From: Candidatus Omnitrophota bacterium
GTDB taxonomy: Bacteria; Omnitrophota; Omnitrophia; Omnitrophales; JACROU01
DNA: 64,000 nt
Direction of reading: 5' to 3'
Assembly: GCA_029261035.1 (NCBI GenBank)
Contig: JAJDCD010000005.1
Span: 27,516 to 91,515 of the forward strand
Shown: in pieces, positions 1-10,400 of the stretch
Layout of the letters: each line of letters starts with the position of its first letter
How positions within the stretch are numbered: the stretch's first letter is position 1
Translations under genes and position numbers: made by a program
Notes under the pieces: model-generated
The model's database searches: none
What the model saw: the letters and a program-made list of their open reading frames with translations, nothing else
What the model was told of the DNA's origin: nothing

Positions 1-686
1 ATCTTAAAGTTGAAGAGTCTGTGGGCGATGAGATTTCTTTGGATATAGAGACGGGAAGTGTCTCTGGGAAAGTTTTATTTACAGGGACTGTACCTGAAAG
101 AATAAAGCTTCCTTATAAGGGGAATCCGGAATGTGTTGCTGTGGCTCACGGAGAAATTCTGTCTGAAACGTTATTAGTGAATGACGGAGGCCTTCAAAAT
201 GCATTTATATATATTAAAGAAGGATTGGATGAGGATTTTGAGTTTAAAGCACCATCGACTCCTGTAGATGTAAACAATGTAGGATGTATTTATGTGCCGC
301 ATGTGGTTGGAGCCCAGGTGAATCAGCCTATTCAATTAACAAATAGCGACCCTACATTTCATAATATTCATGCCTTTGCTAAGGAGCAGTCCGGGTGGAA
401 TTTAGGGCTTCCTTTTCAGGGGATGAAGCAAACGAAGAAATTTGCTAAACCTGAGGTCATGGTGAAGTTGAAGTGTGATTTGCATCCGTGGATGATTGGG
501 TATATTGGAATTGTGGAGCATCCTTTTTTTACTGTTAGTGGAGAGGATGGGAGTTTTTCTATTCCGAATATTCCTGCGGGGGATTATGTTTTTGGGGTTT
601 GGCATGAGAAGTTGGGGGAGAAAGAAATAGAGGTTTCTGTAGGAGCGAATCAGACGGCTGAATTAAATGTGAGTTATTCTGGATAG
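1..686 (+). CDS. Cupredoxin-family (amicyanin/plastocyanin-like) blue copper protein, 5'-partial. The reading frame is open to the window start.
   Basis: The frame is open from nt 3. Motifs present are ...TFHNIHAF... and KCDLHPWM (Cys-x2-His-x2-Met, the amicyanin-type ligand spacing, plus an upstream H-N-I/V His as in plastocyanin FPHNIVF). It is a paralog of the CDS at 61808-62524 (IYIKEGL[DE]E[DE]F, VGCIY[VE]PHV, CD[LV]HPWM, GDYV, WHEK). Confidence 0.65.
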   Translation, partial: LKVEESVGDEISLDIETGSVSGKVLFTGTVPERIKLPYKGNPECVAVAHGEILSETLLVNDGGLQNAFIYIKEGLDEDFEFKAPSTPVDVNNVGCIYVPHVVGAQVNQPIQLTNSDPTFHNIHAFAKEQSGWNLGLPFQGMKQTKKFAKPEVMVKLKCDLHPWMIGYIGIVEHPFFTVSGEDGSFSIPNIPAGDYVFGVWHEKLGEKEIEVSVGANQTAELNVSYSG

Positions 687-697
687 GGTGATTAGTC

Positions 698-774
698 GAC
701 AAAAGAACGTTTCCTCCGCTCAGACATGCTCGGCCTTTGGCCTGCGCAACTCGCTTCGGAAATGTTCTTTTGTC
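698..774. repeat. Large imperfect inverted repeat. The arms are gacaaaagaacgtttcc / ggaaatgttcttttgtc around a ~43-nt loop containing CGCTCAGACA, GCTCGGC and AACTCGC blocks.
   Basis: The arms were read directly from the sequence. The loop blocks recur in a second stem-loop at 60266-60339. Confidence 0.5.
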
Positions 775-811
775 TTTTAAGTTATTTCTTTGAGGGGTGT
801 GTAAAAGAGGT

Positions 812-844
812 AAAGCATTAGGTACATTGAGTACCTAGTGCTTT
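812..844. other. Stable 14-bp hairpin (aaagcattaggtac-attga-gtacctagtgcttt) with no U-tract.
   Basis: This is a perfect inverted repeat with one G.T pair. It lies in convergent intergenic DNA. Confidence 0.4.
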
Positions 845-903
845 AATTCGTAATGTGATCGTCACATGTATGCCAATCCGTTGGTGATAAAACAATAGAA
901 ATG

Positions 904-946
904 AAAAAAGGGTGACGGTCACTTTGTTTGACTGTCACCCTTTTTT
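904..946. terminator. Bidirectional rho-independent terminator.
   Basis: The element is A6-gggtgacggtc-loop-gactgtcaccc-T6. The 11-bp stem is flanked by an A-run and a T-run. It lies between the convergent cupredoxin (+) gene and the membrane-protein (-) gene. Confidence 0.75.
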
Positions 947-992
947 ATTGGTGCTAATTAAATTGTTTTCTGAAAAGAAAGAACAAAGACAC

Positions 993-1020
993 TGGATCCC
1001 GGATCAAGTCCGGGATGACA
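993..1020 (+). repeat. REP-like palindromic element, copy 1 (ctggatcccgga-tcaag-tccgggatgaca).
   Basis: The consensus CTGGATCCCCGA-N5-9-TCGGGGATGACA is shared with four other intergenic copies in the window. Confidence 0.7.
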
Positions 1021-1083
1021 ATGTTTTTTTAAAGGCAAGGGATGCTTTTCCTATCTGCTCCGCGCTAAACGCTATCCGCTAAT

Positions 1084-1707
1084 CTATACTGCGGTTTTAA
1101 CTTTTCCGCCGTAGCCGATTAGGCATTTGGCGATGACGACACCGACGACAAACATGATGGCTACCATAATCCAACTGAAAGATGGGAAGTGGCTTGCTGC
1201 TCCCATGCAGAAAAGCATTGGAATAGAAAAAATGGTATTTACTTTAGAAGCAAAAGCTGCTTTCTTTGCTAAGCCAGCCATTTCTTCTGGAGCTTCTCCG
1301 GCTTTGATCCAGTTAATAATTTTCTTTTGAGCTGGCCAGATAATGAACCAAACATTAAACCACATGATGGTTCCTAAGAGTCCACCTAAGCTGATCCAAT
1401 AGCCCCAAGTAGAATTGAAAAGTCCACCAACACCATTAAGGCCAGCATCTGTAGCGATAAAAATTTTCCATATAACATATCCGAGACCGGATAACCAAGT
1501 GACCATAGCGCCCCAACGAAACCACCATAAGGCTCTTGGCATTAGCTCTGGTACGACCTTTTTCTTTGCGTCTGCATCTAGAGTTTTAGCGAAATGAACA
1601 TTGATGAAATTAAAAAAGTAAAGAAGTCCAATCCATGTGATTCCAGCAATGTAATGAATCCAACGGAATATAAATAATGTAATCGTGTTTGAATCTAATG
1701 TTTCCAT
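1084..1707 (-). CDS. Hypothetical integral membrane protein (Trp-rich, ~5 TM segments).
   Basis: This is the only long minus-strand ORF (207 aa) with hydrophobic TM-like segments. A divergent promoter region is shared with otsA. No confident family assignment is made. Confidence 0.55.
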   Translation of the reverse strand: METLDSNTITLFIFRWIHYIAGITWIGLLYFFNFINVHFAKTLDADAKKKVVPELMPRALWWFRWGAMVTWLSGLGYVIWKIFIATDAGLNGVGGLFNSTWGYWISLGGLLGTIMWFNVWFIIWPAQKKIINWIKAGEAPEEMAGLAKKAAFASKVNTIFSIPMLFCMGAASHFPSFSWIMVAIMFVVGVVIAKCLIGYGGKVKTAV

Positions 1708-1864
1708 AATTCCTCCTTGTTAAGTATCGAAAACTGACAGTATAATAGCAGAATTTCGCTGAGGACGGAAGTTAGAAAGCGAATGACAGATTTTCCCTTC
1801 TCCAACTTCTAAATGAGTGTCCACAGGGGACAGTCAACTAAAGGGATAGTCCCCTTGAGGGTTG

Positions 1865-1873
1865 TGCTAAAAT
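1865..1873 (+). promoter_or_regulatory. Extended -10 promoter candidate (TGcTAAAAT) for otsA.
   Basis: A TGnTAAAAT match lies ~28 nt upstream of the ATG. A GGGAGG SD is at 1886-1891. Confidence 0.4.
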
Positions 1874-1901
1874 AGAGGGCTTAATTGGGAGGCTTTATAT
1901 T

Positions 1902-3383
1902 ATGTGGGACAAAACACAGCTAAAAGAGACTATTCAAACGCAGATGGGTGACTATAAGCTCATTATTGCTTCAAATCGCCAGCCTTACAGTCATATTAAA
2001 AAAGGAAGTGAGATCATATGTCAGCGTCAGCCAGGAGGTTTAGTTACTGCTTTGACCCCTGTTATGGAGACTGTTAATGGGACTTGGATTGGAACAGGAA
2101 CCAGCCCTTACGATAAAGAAGTTGTAGACTCTGATAATAAAATTCAGCTTCCTCCGGATAACCCCTCCTTTTCTCTTAAGCGCATTTTTTTATCTAAGCA
2201 AGAGATGGATGGTTTTTATTACGGCTATTCCAATGAAGGTATGTGGCCGTTGTCGCATATCGCTTATGAGCGTCCTACATTTACCGCAGAGGATTGGGAA
2301 TATTATCAAAAAGTAAATAAGAGGTATGCCGAAGCTATTTTGGAAGAAGTGGGAAAAGAGAAAGCTTTTGTTTGGATACAAGATTTCCACTTGATGTTGG
2401 TGGCTAAGTATTTAAGAGAATCAGATAATCCTAACATCATCACATCTTTGTTTTGGCATATCCCATGGCCTAATCCGGAAGTGTTTGGTATTTGCCCTCA
2501 AAAAAATGAATTATTGGAAGGGTTGCTCGCGCATGATTTATTGGGGTTTCAGGTTAAATCGCATTGTGATAATTTTTTTCAGTCTGTAGAGTCTTCGTTA
2601 GAAAGTCGTATTGATAGAGAACAAAATGTGGTAACGCATACGAAGCGTGAAACTATTGTGAAGCCGTTTCCGATTTCAATTGATTTCGAACAAATATCTA
2701 AAGAAGCAGAAAGTAAAGATATTGAAGAAAGAATGGAGCAGTTAAGAGAAGAGTATAATTTAAAAGGGAAAAAAGTTATCTTCGGAATCGATCGTATTGA
2801 TTACACCAAAGGTATTCCAGATAAATTAAGAGCGATTGATCGGTTTATTGAAAAACGTCCAGAATATAGAGAGAAGTTTGTATTTATACAATTAGGTCAG
2901 GTCAGTCGTATCCAAGTGCCCCGATATAAGGCGTTAAACGATGAGATAAACTCGTTGGTTGTGGATATTAATTGGAAACACTCTCAAGGGTCTTGGGCCC
3001 CTATTGTTTTTACGAGTGAATATGTTCAATATCAAGATATTCTAGCTTTGTATCGCCTTGCAGATATTTGTATTGTGAGTTCCCTGCATGATGGAATGAA
3101 CCTTGTAGCCAAGGAGTATGTGGCAACACGGTCTGATTTAGATGGCGTATTGCTTTTATCCCAATTTACGGGAGCCGCTAGAGAGCTTAGTGATGCGATC
3201 ATTATTAACCCTTATGATCCAGAATCTTTTGCAGGTGCTATTGCTCAGGGGTTGGCGATGCTTCCGGAAGAGAAAGAAAAAAGAATGAAAAAAATGAGAG
3301 ATATTGTTGAGAATAACAATATTTATCGATGGGCAGGCCGAGTTTTGTCAAAGTTATTAAACCTTGAATTTGATGAAGAGTAA
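1902..3383 (+). CDS. otsA: Trehalose-6-phosphate synthase (GT20 family).
   Basis: The WIQDFHLMLV motif matches the OtsA signature (cf. xHDYHLxL). Other matches are GGLVTAL and WPLFHY-like blocks. The 493-aa length is typical. Confidence 0.88.
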   Translation: MWDKTQLKETIQTQMGDYKLIIASNRQPYSHIKKGSEIICQRQPGGLVTALTPVMETVNGTWIGTGTSPYDKEVVDSDNKIQLPPDNPSFSLKRIFLSKQEMDGFYYGYSNEGMWPLSHIAYERPTFTAEDWEYYQKVNKRYAEAILEEVGKEKAFVWIQDFHLMLVAKYLRESDNPNIITSLFWHIPWPNPEVFGICPQKNELLEGLLAHDLLGFQVKSHCDNFFQSVESSLESRIDREQNVVTHTKRETIVKPFPISIDFEQISKEAESKDIEERMEQLREEYNLKGKKVIFGIDRIDYTKGIPDKLRAIDRFIEKRPEYREKFVFIQLGQVSRIQVPRYKALNDEINSLVVDINWKHSQGSWAPIVFTSEYVQYQDILALYRLADICIVSSLHDGMNLVAKEYVATRSDLDGVLLLSQFTGAARELSDAIIINPYDPESFAGAIAQGLAMLPEEKEKRMKKMRDIVENNNIYRWAGRVLSKLLNLEFDEE

Positions 3384-4179
3384 AATGAAGCATTTATTTG
3401 ATTCTTGGAGCGCTCTCAAATCAACGATCAGGAAAAAAGAAGTTATTTTATTTTTAGATTATGATGGCACTTTAACTCCTATCGTTTCCCACCCTCGACT
3501 TGCTGTTTTGAGTCCCAAAATTCGCAGTGTCATAAACAAGTTAAATAAACAATTACCTTTTGGCGTCACGATCGTAAGCGGGCGATCTTTGTCTGAAATT
3601 AAAAGAAAAGTAAATTTAAAAGAATTGTCTTACGTCGGGAATCATGGTTATGAAATGCAAACCCCATATTTGAAATATATACACCCAGAAGCTTTAAAGT
3701 TTATAGCTTCTGCCAAAAAAATTCAGAATCAATTAAAACAGGCTTTGAAAAAATATAAGGGAATTTTTGTTGAAGATAAAACAATGACTCTCAGTGTTCA
3801 TTATAGAAATGTTGCTTTGAGCGAAGTTGCTTCGTTGAAGAAAGCTTTTTTGAAGGCAATGCAACCTTATATAAAACAAAGGATGGTGCGTTTGACACAT
3901 GGAAAAAAAGTTTGGGAGATTCGTCCTCCTGTATCTTGGGGGAAGGGGAAGTCGGTTCAGTGGCTATTGACTTCTTTGGGGGTCTCAGACAATAAAAATG
4001 CTCTACCTATTTTTATAGGAGATGATAAGACAGATGAAGATGCGTTTAAAGTATTGAAGAAAAAAGGAATAGGAATTAAGATTTGTAGCGAAAAAGACCC
4101 CTCCAGTGCAGCACGATACTATTTGAAAGATACTCGTGAAGTTTTGACTTTTTTAAACCGCCTTCTTAAGAGCTTATAA
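3373..4179 (+). CDS. otsB: Trehalose-6-phosphate phosphatase (HAD superfamily).
   Basis: The HAD motif I LDYDGTLTP is present, with a GDD..D motif near the C-terminus. The gene overlaps the otsA stop by ~10 nt (translationally coupled). The ATG at 3373 is preferred over the TTG at 3364. Confidence 0.82.
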   Translation: MKSKMKHLFDSWSALKSTIRKKEVILFLDYDGTLTPIVSHPRLAVLSPKIRSVINKLNKQLPFGVTIVSGRSLSEIKRKVNLKELSYVGNHGYEMQTPYLKYIHPEALKFIASAKKIQNQLKQALKKYKGIFVEDKTMTLSVHYRNVALSEVASLKKAFLKAMQPYIKQRMVRLTHGKKVWEIRPPVSWGKGKSVQWLLTSLGVSDNKNALPIFIGDDKTDEDAFKVLKKKGIGIKICSEKDPSSAARYYLKDTREVLTFLNRLLKSL

Positions 4180-4384
4180 TAAAGAACGTTCTTCAATAGA
4201 AACTAAAGACTTAAAACATCAAAAGCTTTTAAGTATTTAACCTCTTTAAACATTTCCGTATCTCTATTAATAGCAATAAGTTAAATTCTTTTAATGCTCT
4301 TTTCCTCCTGCAATTCGCAATCCTCTGAACTTCGTGTTACTCTTTTATAAAGTCCAAAAATGGTATGGGGGCTCTCTGTATGAC

Positions 4385-4397
4385 TAGCTAGGCAGCA
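4385..4397 (+). promoter_or_regulatory. Conserved 13-mer CTAGCTAGGCAGC ~20 nt upstream of the giant-gene start codon. It is palindrome-containing (AGCTAGCT) and is a possible operator or leader motif.
   Basis: An identical 13-mer sits at 18602-18614, in the same position relative to the start of the 3765-aa paralog. Confidence 0.45.
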
Positions 4398-4415
4398 GGC
4401 TTATGGAGACGTTTA

Positions 4416-7400
4416 ATGAGATATGAAAAATACCATTCAACTCAAAAGCTCTTTTCAGTTCACTCTTTAGGTGAAAAAGTTGGAAGTAGTTTTTTAATTA
4501 TTTTCTTCTTGCTGAGCACTCTTTTTGTTTCTCCTGAATCTCTTTTAGCAGAAACAGTTACCCATCAAAAACCTTCAGTATATTCTATTTCTCAAGTAAA
4601 TCAAATTCATATTCCAAAAGAGTTTGGTATCGTTGAAGAAGTTTATCATTCATCTTCTCCAGCTAAAAACAATCCTATGATTGTTTATTTACAAGATGCT
4701 CACTGTATCTATGAGGCCCAATCAAATATTCGAAAAATAATAGACACTCTTCAAAAGAAAAATGGATTACGGCTTATTGCTTTGGAAGGCGGTGAGGGAG
4801 GATTGGACACAGACCTTTTTCGATCTTTTCCTGTTCAAGCAGTAAAAGAGAAAGTGATCGATGATTATGTTCGGAGGGGGGAATTGTCAGGAGCGGAGTA
4901 TGCAGCAATTGTAAATGAAAAGTCTTCGGATTATTGGGGCATTGAGGACATGGTTGTTTATTACGAAAATAAAAATGCTTTTCTAGAATCAATTGACGAT
5001 AAAAAACGAATCGATCTAAAATTAGATGATTTAGATCGTTGGTTAAAAAAGAAAAAAGATGAAATCTATAGTAATCCCCTTAAAGATAATTTTAAAGAGT
5101 ATGAAGCATACGAGAAAGAATATATTACATTACTCGATTACTTAAACTATTTAAAAGAGCAATGGATACAAGCGGGTAAATCGCTGACGGAATTTGCAAG
5201 TATCCAGACGTTGTTGGAAGCGATTAATCGAGAGAAGCAAATGGACTTCACTCAAGTTCAAAGTGAGGCGGTTAGGCTAGAAAAAGTTTTAGAACGACGC
5301 TATAAAAGTGAAATACGTTCTGGTTCAACGACGTCTAAAGTAAGCTTTCAAGATTTAGAAGCTCGAAGGTCCCTGTTTGGAGAAGGTAAGTCTCAAAAAG
5401 ATCAATTTTACCCTTGGATTTGGGCGCGTGTTATAGAAGAGGATTTAGTTGCAGAAGATAGCTCTAATGATAGTTACCCCCATTTTCTTTCCTATATTAA
5501 ACACTTACAGGAACTGGAAAATATAAAAGGCGAAAGTCTCTTTAATGAATTAGAGAAAATGAACCAAGGAATAAAAGATTCTTTATTTCAAAATGAAGAA
5601 CAAAGAACCTTGGATCAGCTTTTTTATAACTTAAAGATACTCCGTAATCTTTCTAAGTTAGAACTCACTCGAGAAGAGCTGGAGTATTATCATAAGAATC
5701 GTGAGAGTTTGTCAGAGAAGAGTTTTTGGGATTTTATGGGAAGAGAATTGGGTCGGTTAGAATTGGATGATTTGTTCAAATCTCATGAACGTTTTTATGA
5801 AGCGGCAATCAAAAGAGATCGTATTTTGTATCAAAACCTTATGGATTTGTTGAAAGAAAAGAAACAAGATTTTGCGATGGTGGTTACGGGAGGGTTTCAT
5901 ACGGATGGTATTAAGGAACGCCTTAAAGCCAAAGGTTTTTCTTATATGGTTGTAACACCGCGCATCACCCAATTTGACGAAGAAACTCCGTATTGGGATG
6001 TGATGCAAGGAAATGTTTCTTATGCGAAGTATAAAAAGACATTTACTTTAGCGCCAGAGTTAGCATTGCAGGTTTATAACGAAGCTATTGAAGCCGCGAT
6101 TGTGGATTCCTTTGTTAGCGCAATAGAAGCAGATTTGCCTGAAGTTTTAAATTCATGGAGAGATAATGTCTTAACACAAGATTTAGATAGAGAAGTTGCA
6201 GCACAATACACAACAACGATTGATCGTTTGATTGACAGGCTTGTTTTAGGGTTAGAACAAACTCAAATTAACCCAGAGCTTATTCAAGGTGTGTCGGAAA
6301 CTCTCCGGCTTTATTTGCAAGGTGAACGAGATGCCGTTGTCCAAAAAGTGGATCAGCTTCAAGCAAGAATTTTACAGCTCCAAACTCAAAAAGTGGTTTC
6401 AAAAGCAGCGGTCAGTGCTGAGCTGGGTTCTTCATTTCCCGAATTTGCGTTACAAGAAGGAGTTTTTCAAGCTAGTTCTTTGGGAGCAATCGTTACAATT
6501 TCTGAAGCAAATCTATCTTCTTTTAATCGACTCCTAGACTTCGTTGATGCAGAAAGCATTAGGGATTTTTTAATTAATACAATTAGTTCTGTTGATGTAG
6601 AGTCTCAATTAGAGATGCTTGAACGGCTGTTGACACGTAATTCGGGTGAAAATGTCAAAATCGGTATTCCGATGACTCTCGCTGTAGAGCAGATGGTGGC
6701 TGTATATCAATTAAAAATAGGGGATGACTTAGGGGGTAAACGAAATCGGGATTTGGTTAAAATATCAAAATTGGAAATGGCAAAGAATTTATTGAAACAA
6801 ATTAAACAAACAAAAGATAGTGGAAAACCTCTTTCTGCAGAGGGTCTTGAGTTAATGACAGGACTCTTTAATATGCTTCAACCGATGTTCGATCGAACCG
6901 GGGCAAATTTAGAGTCAATGACCAATGTTTTGATTCGTAGAGATGATAGCGGAGTAGCTCCATTTCTGTCAGATAATGAGGCTGTGTTCATTATTGATCA
7001 TATTTATCCAATCAGTTTTATCAATAAAAAGGACCCAACATATTTACTTGGGGATGCTTTAATTGCAGCGCAAAAAGCTGCGTTGATAGGACTTAAAAAC
7101 CGGTATCAGTATGAAGTGGATGTCTCTTCGAAGCGAGGTGTTGTTTTTGGGATTCAGCAAGCACTTCTAGAACAATTTCATACAGACTACTTGGCTTTAG
7201 TTCAAGAAAACTTGAACAAAACAGCAGAAACTAATTCGAAATTAAAGGTGATATTAGATCAAAACCCTTCTCTCCTTAGTGATAGAGAGCTTTTTGGAGA
7301 GGGGAAAATTCGTGCAAAATACGCTTATAAAACGGGAGCTCAGATTAATGAATTGATTCCTACGTTAGGTCTTGGAATTCAATCTCTTCAGGAGCTGGGC

Positions 7401-10400
7401 AACGATAAAGCGTCAGAAAATATAGCAAATAAAATATCTAAATTGATTGTTCCTGAGTTGGAAGATATCGTTGAAGAAGTGAAATTGAGTCAATTGAAAA
7501 GCTTAAATATCTTGAATCAGAATTTTTATAATTTGGGTCGTATTCCATCCGATGTGCGATTTAATGCTTATAATCGTCGTGGTCCCCCTCGAGTGAATGA
7601 TTTTAGTGGTTTGTGGAGTAACGCAAATCTTCCAGGTATTGATATCGTAGTAGGTGAGCTATTAGAACAGCTTAAGAAAGATAAAGTTGATGACAAAATA
7701 GAGCCACTCCTTCCAGAGATTACAGATTACCTAATTCGATTATTGGAAGAAGCACTTGCTTTTACAGAACGGAACCCCCGACATCACCTCTTATTTAATG
7801 AATTATTTTTTACATCTCAAGTTCGAGAATTGCTTCAAAGAGAATTTAATCCTAATGCGCTAGAAGAAATGCAGGTGGCATTAGGGGGTAATCGATTACC
7901 TGAAAGGTTAAATCATAAAACGTTTACGAAGGGAGATGAGCACTTTACTCTTTTTAGAGATCAATCTGGAAAAGTGAACTATTTGTTTGTGGACTTTGAT
8001 AATTTTCAAGTGCTTGATTTATTACAACGTCAGCTAAATGTGCTTCCTAATGATGATGGTACTTTTTTTGATTTGCACGCACAAGTTGATTTGGCCTTGG
8101 AAGCGTTGATCGCGAGTAAAGAAGAGATCACCTCTCAGGATTTACAAGAAATGTTAGATCGAATTTTAGATCAAGTTGAAGTGGTTCTAGATTTATCCGA
8201 CGAAGAAACTCAAAAATATCTAGAACGCCATAATATGGACCCAGAGACTTTTGAAAAGTATGGAGAAATTTATAACGACAAAGAAGGTGTTTTTGTGAGT
8301 GTACCGGTTAGAAGAGTGAGTGTGGATACTAAAACAAAATATGAGGACAAACGTCGCCTCACAGGTAAGATCGGAAATATTGGGTTTAGTTCTTCTTTAA
8401 CTTCTGAATTAAATTTATCTAGAGAAGATTCCTTAGAAACGCTTTACAATAAACTGGAATCCATCTTAGGTTCTGGAGGTGTTGCTGTCGATATGCTCAA
8501 AGGGTTGAATAGAAGAGGGGAGAATGTGGAGCTTAACTCCACAGAGTATGGGCAAATATGGGGGGATTTCTTTAAAAAAGAAGCTTTGGAGAAAGTGAAT
8601 AAAAAAAACATATTGAGAGAATTAAATTCCACAGAGTTGCAAAATATGGATGAAGAGGGAAAGGGGATTGCTGTACAGCTCATATTAAACTTAAAAGAAG
8701 AGGTTCATGAAAATCGAGTGTATGTGATTGGTGAATTGGCTGATTTAGCGCTTCAATATGGGATAGAGTTTGCAGTGGTAGAAGGTTTTGTGAAGATGAT
8801 GGATGGTTTAGAGTTAGAACAACCGGATATTATTTCAGCTCAATCGTTAGGAAATGCTCAAATTTCAGAATTATTGATTCAAGACCTGGTTCAAGGGAAT
8901 TCTCCAGAAGAAATTAGAGATTACTTAAAAACGGAAGATGTCGAAGAGCAAATTCGGGGTATTGGAAGTTTGCTTGCAGGAGCTAATATCCGATCCTTTC
9001 AACGAGAGCAGCCAGGACAGTTTCAAGAACTTTTTACGGAGCTCGATGTGGAGTCGAGGCAAAGGGTTATTAATGCAGCTGTTAAAATAGCTACGGTTAA
9101 GAAAAAGCTAGCTAATTTTCTTCAGATTCAAAATCCAAACAACTTAAATTCATTGATTCAACGTTTTAGAAATTTAAAAGTTGATGAAGATCCAGGTGTC
9201 ATTATGTTGCGTTTCTTATCCGAAGAAGGGCGTAGAGAAGAATTTAAATCTAGAATGACTCAATTGCAGTTTAGAAATGATCTGAGGGATTATGTTCGAG
9301 AAGTAGTTGCAGAATTACCCGCCAAAGTTATTCCTATTAATCGAACTCAAGCAAAGCCTCATGTGGAAAATCAGATTCCTTTTGATTTAAGAAGAGAAGA
9401 TGCTCTCCTTTTTAAGGATATGGCAGAACTGCTACGGAATCAAAATCAGACAGATACAGCGCCTATTCTCCGATTGAGAGGAAAAGTTCGTTATGCGGGA
9501 AGAAATCTTGTTGGAGCGGGAACAACGCCTACTGAAAGAGGTATTCGTGCATTGACAGAACAGTATGGGCTAGAGGCTCCTACGAGTGACATTCAAACAA
9601 CGACCGAAGAATTATTAAGAAAGATGAAGCAGCGTTATGTTCATTTACTTGGAGCTCAAGTTGCTTTGGGAATCCAAAATTCTGATGAACTTACTCAATT
9701 TTTAGAGCGTATATCTCAGCAGGAAATCCCTATACTGACAGGAATAGAAGGGTTTGATTTATTAGAGGAGTTGATTGATGATCAGAAACTTAAAGAAATT
9801 GCTCCTGGTGTCAGTCATTCCTTTTTGGTTAATCAAAGAGGAAAAAGAAGTCTGGCTGTCCTTCGTCCTAATGAAATTATGTTTTTTAAACAATTTACAT
9901 CGGTAAAGGAAAGGGTAGAAGCGCAGTTAATGGGTAAACGATTAGAGCGAGAGATTTCTCTTTCAAAACTATACCCACAAAGTGGTGTTACTGAGCGTAT
10001 TTTGGATTTAGCGCAAAAGAATAGAGAGGGAGAACGTATTTTAGGTCTGGTTAAGCATTTTAAGAGACGTTACCCATCTCAAAATGAAAGAGATCGTTGG
10101 CTCACTGCTGCTTCTGAATTAGGTGTGAACCGAGTCTATAAGCGAGAGGTTTCAAAGCGAAGTCGAGATGTGGAGCAAGCACGAAAAAGGCTCAATGAAA
10201 TAAGTTCTAAAATAGCACGAAGAAAGAATTCAATTTTTTCTCGTTTTTTTAATATTGAAGCCTTAGAAAGCCAAAGAGAGCAATTAAGAAGAACATATCA
10301 AGCAGCTTTAGAAGAAAAGTCTTCATTTAAAGAAAAGTGGAGTTTGAATCCAGAAACAGGTAAATATCAATTAGCTCCTTCATCCAATATCTCTTTTTCC

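Noticed and set aside
402-605. Short minus-strand ORFs throughout the window (for example 402-605, 2190-2390, 4774-4992, 5757-6008, 8444-8683, 19391-19672, 21355-21627, 25577-25897, 38764-39087, 56649-57020 and 59459-59716).
   Set aside because: Each lies antisense within a long, well-supported plus-strand gene and has low-complexity or stop-poor composition typical of AT-rich antisense frames. None has an RBS or recognizable motifs.
1823-1860. GGGGACAGTC...GATAGTCCCC near-palindrome upstream of otsA, read as a possible operator.
   Set aside because: It is only an imperfect inverted repeat. Similar GGGAC(A/T)GTCCC words also form the xth terminator, so the resemblance may reflect a common terminator-like word rather than regulation.
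4403-4426. Tiny upstream ORFs (METFNEI at 4403-4426; MRRSL at 18621-18638) whose stops overlap the giant-gene start codons.
   Set aside because: The ATGs sit inside or next to the Shine-Dalgarno sequences (GGAG / AGGAGA) of the main genes and are most simply incidental. Translational-coupling uORFs cannot be excluded but are not supported.
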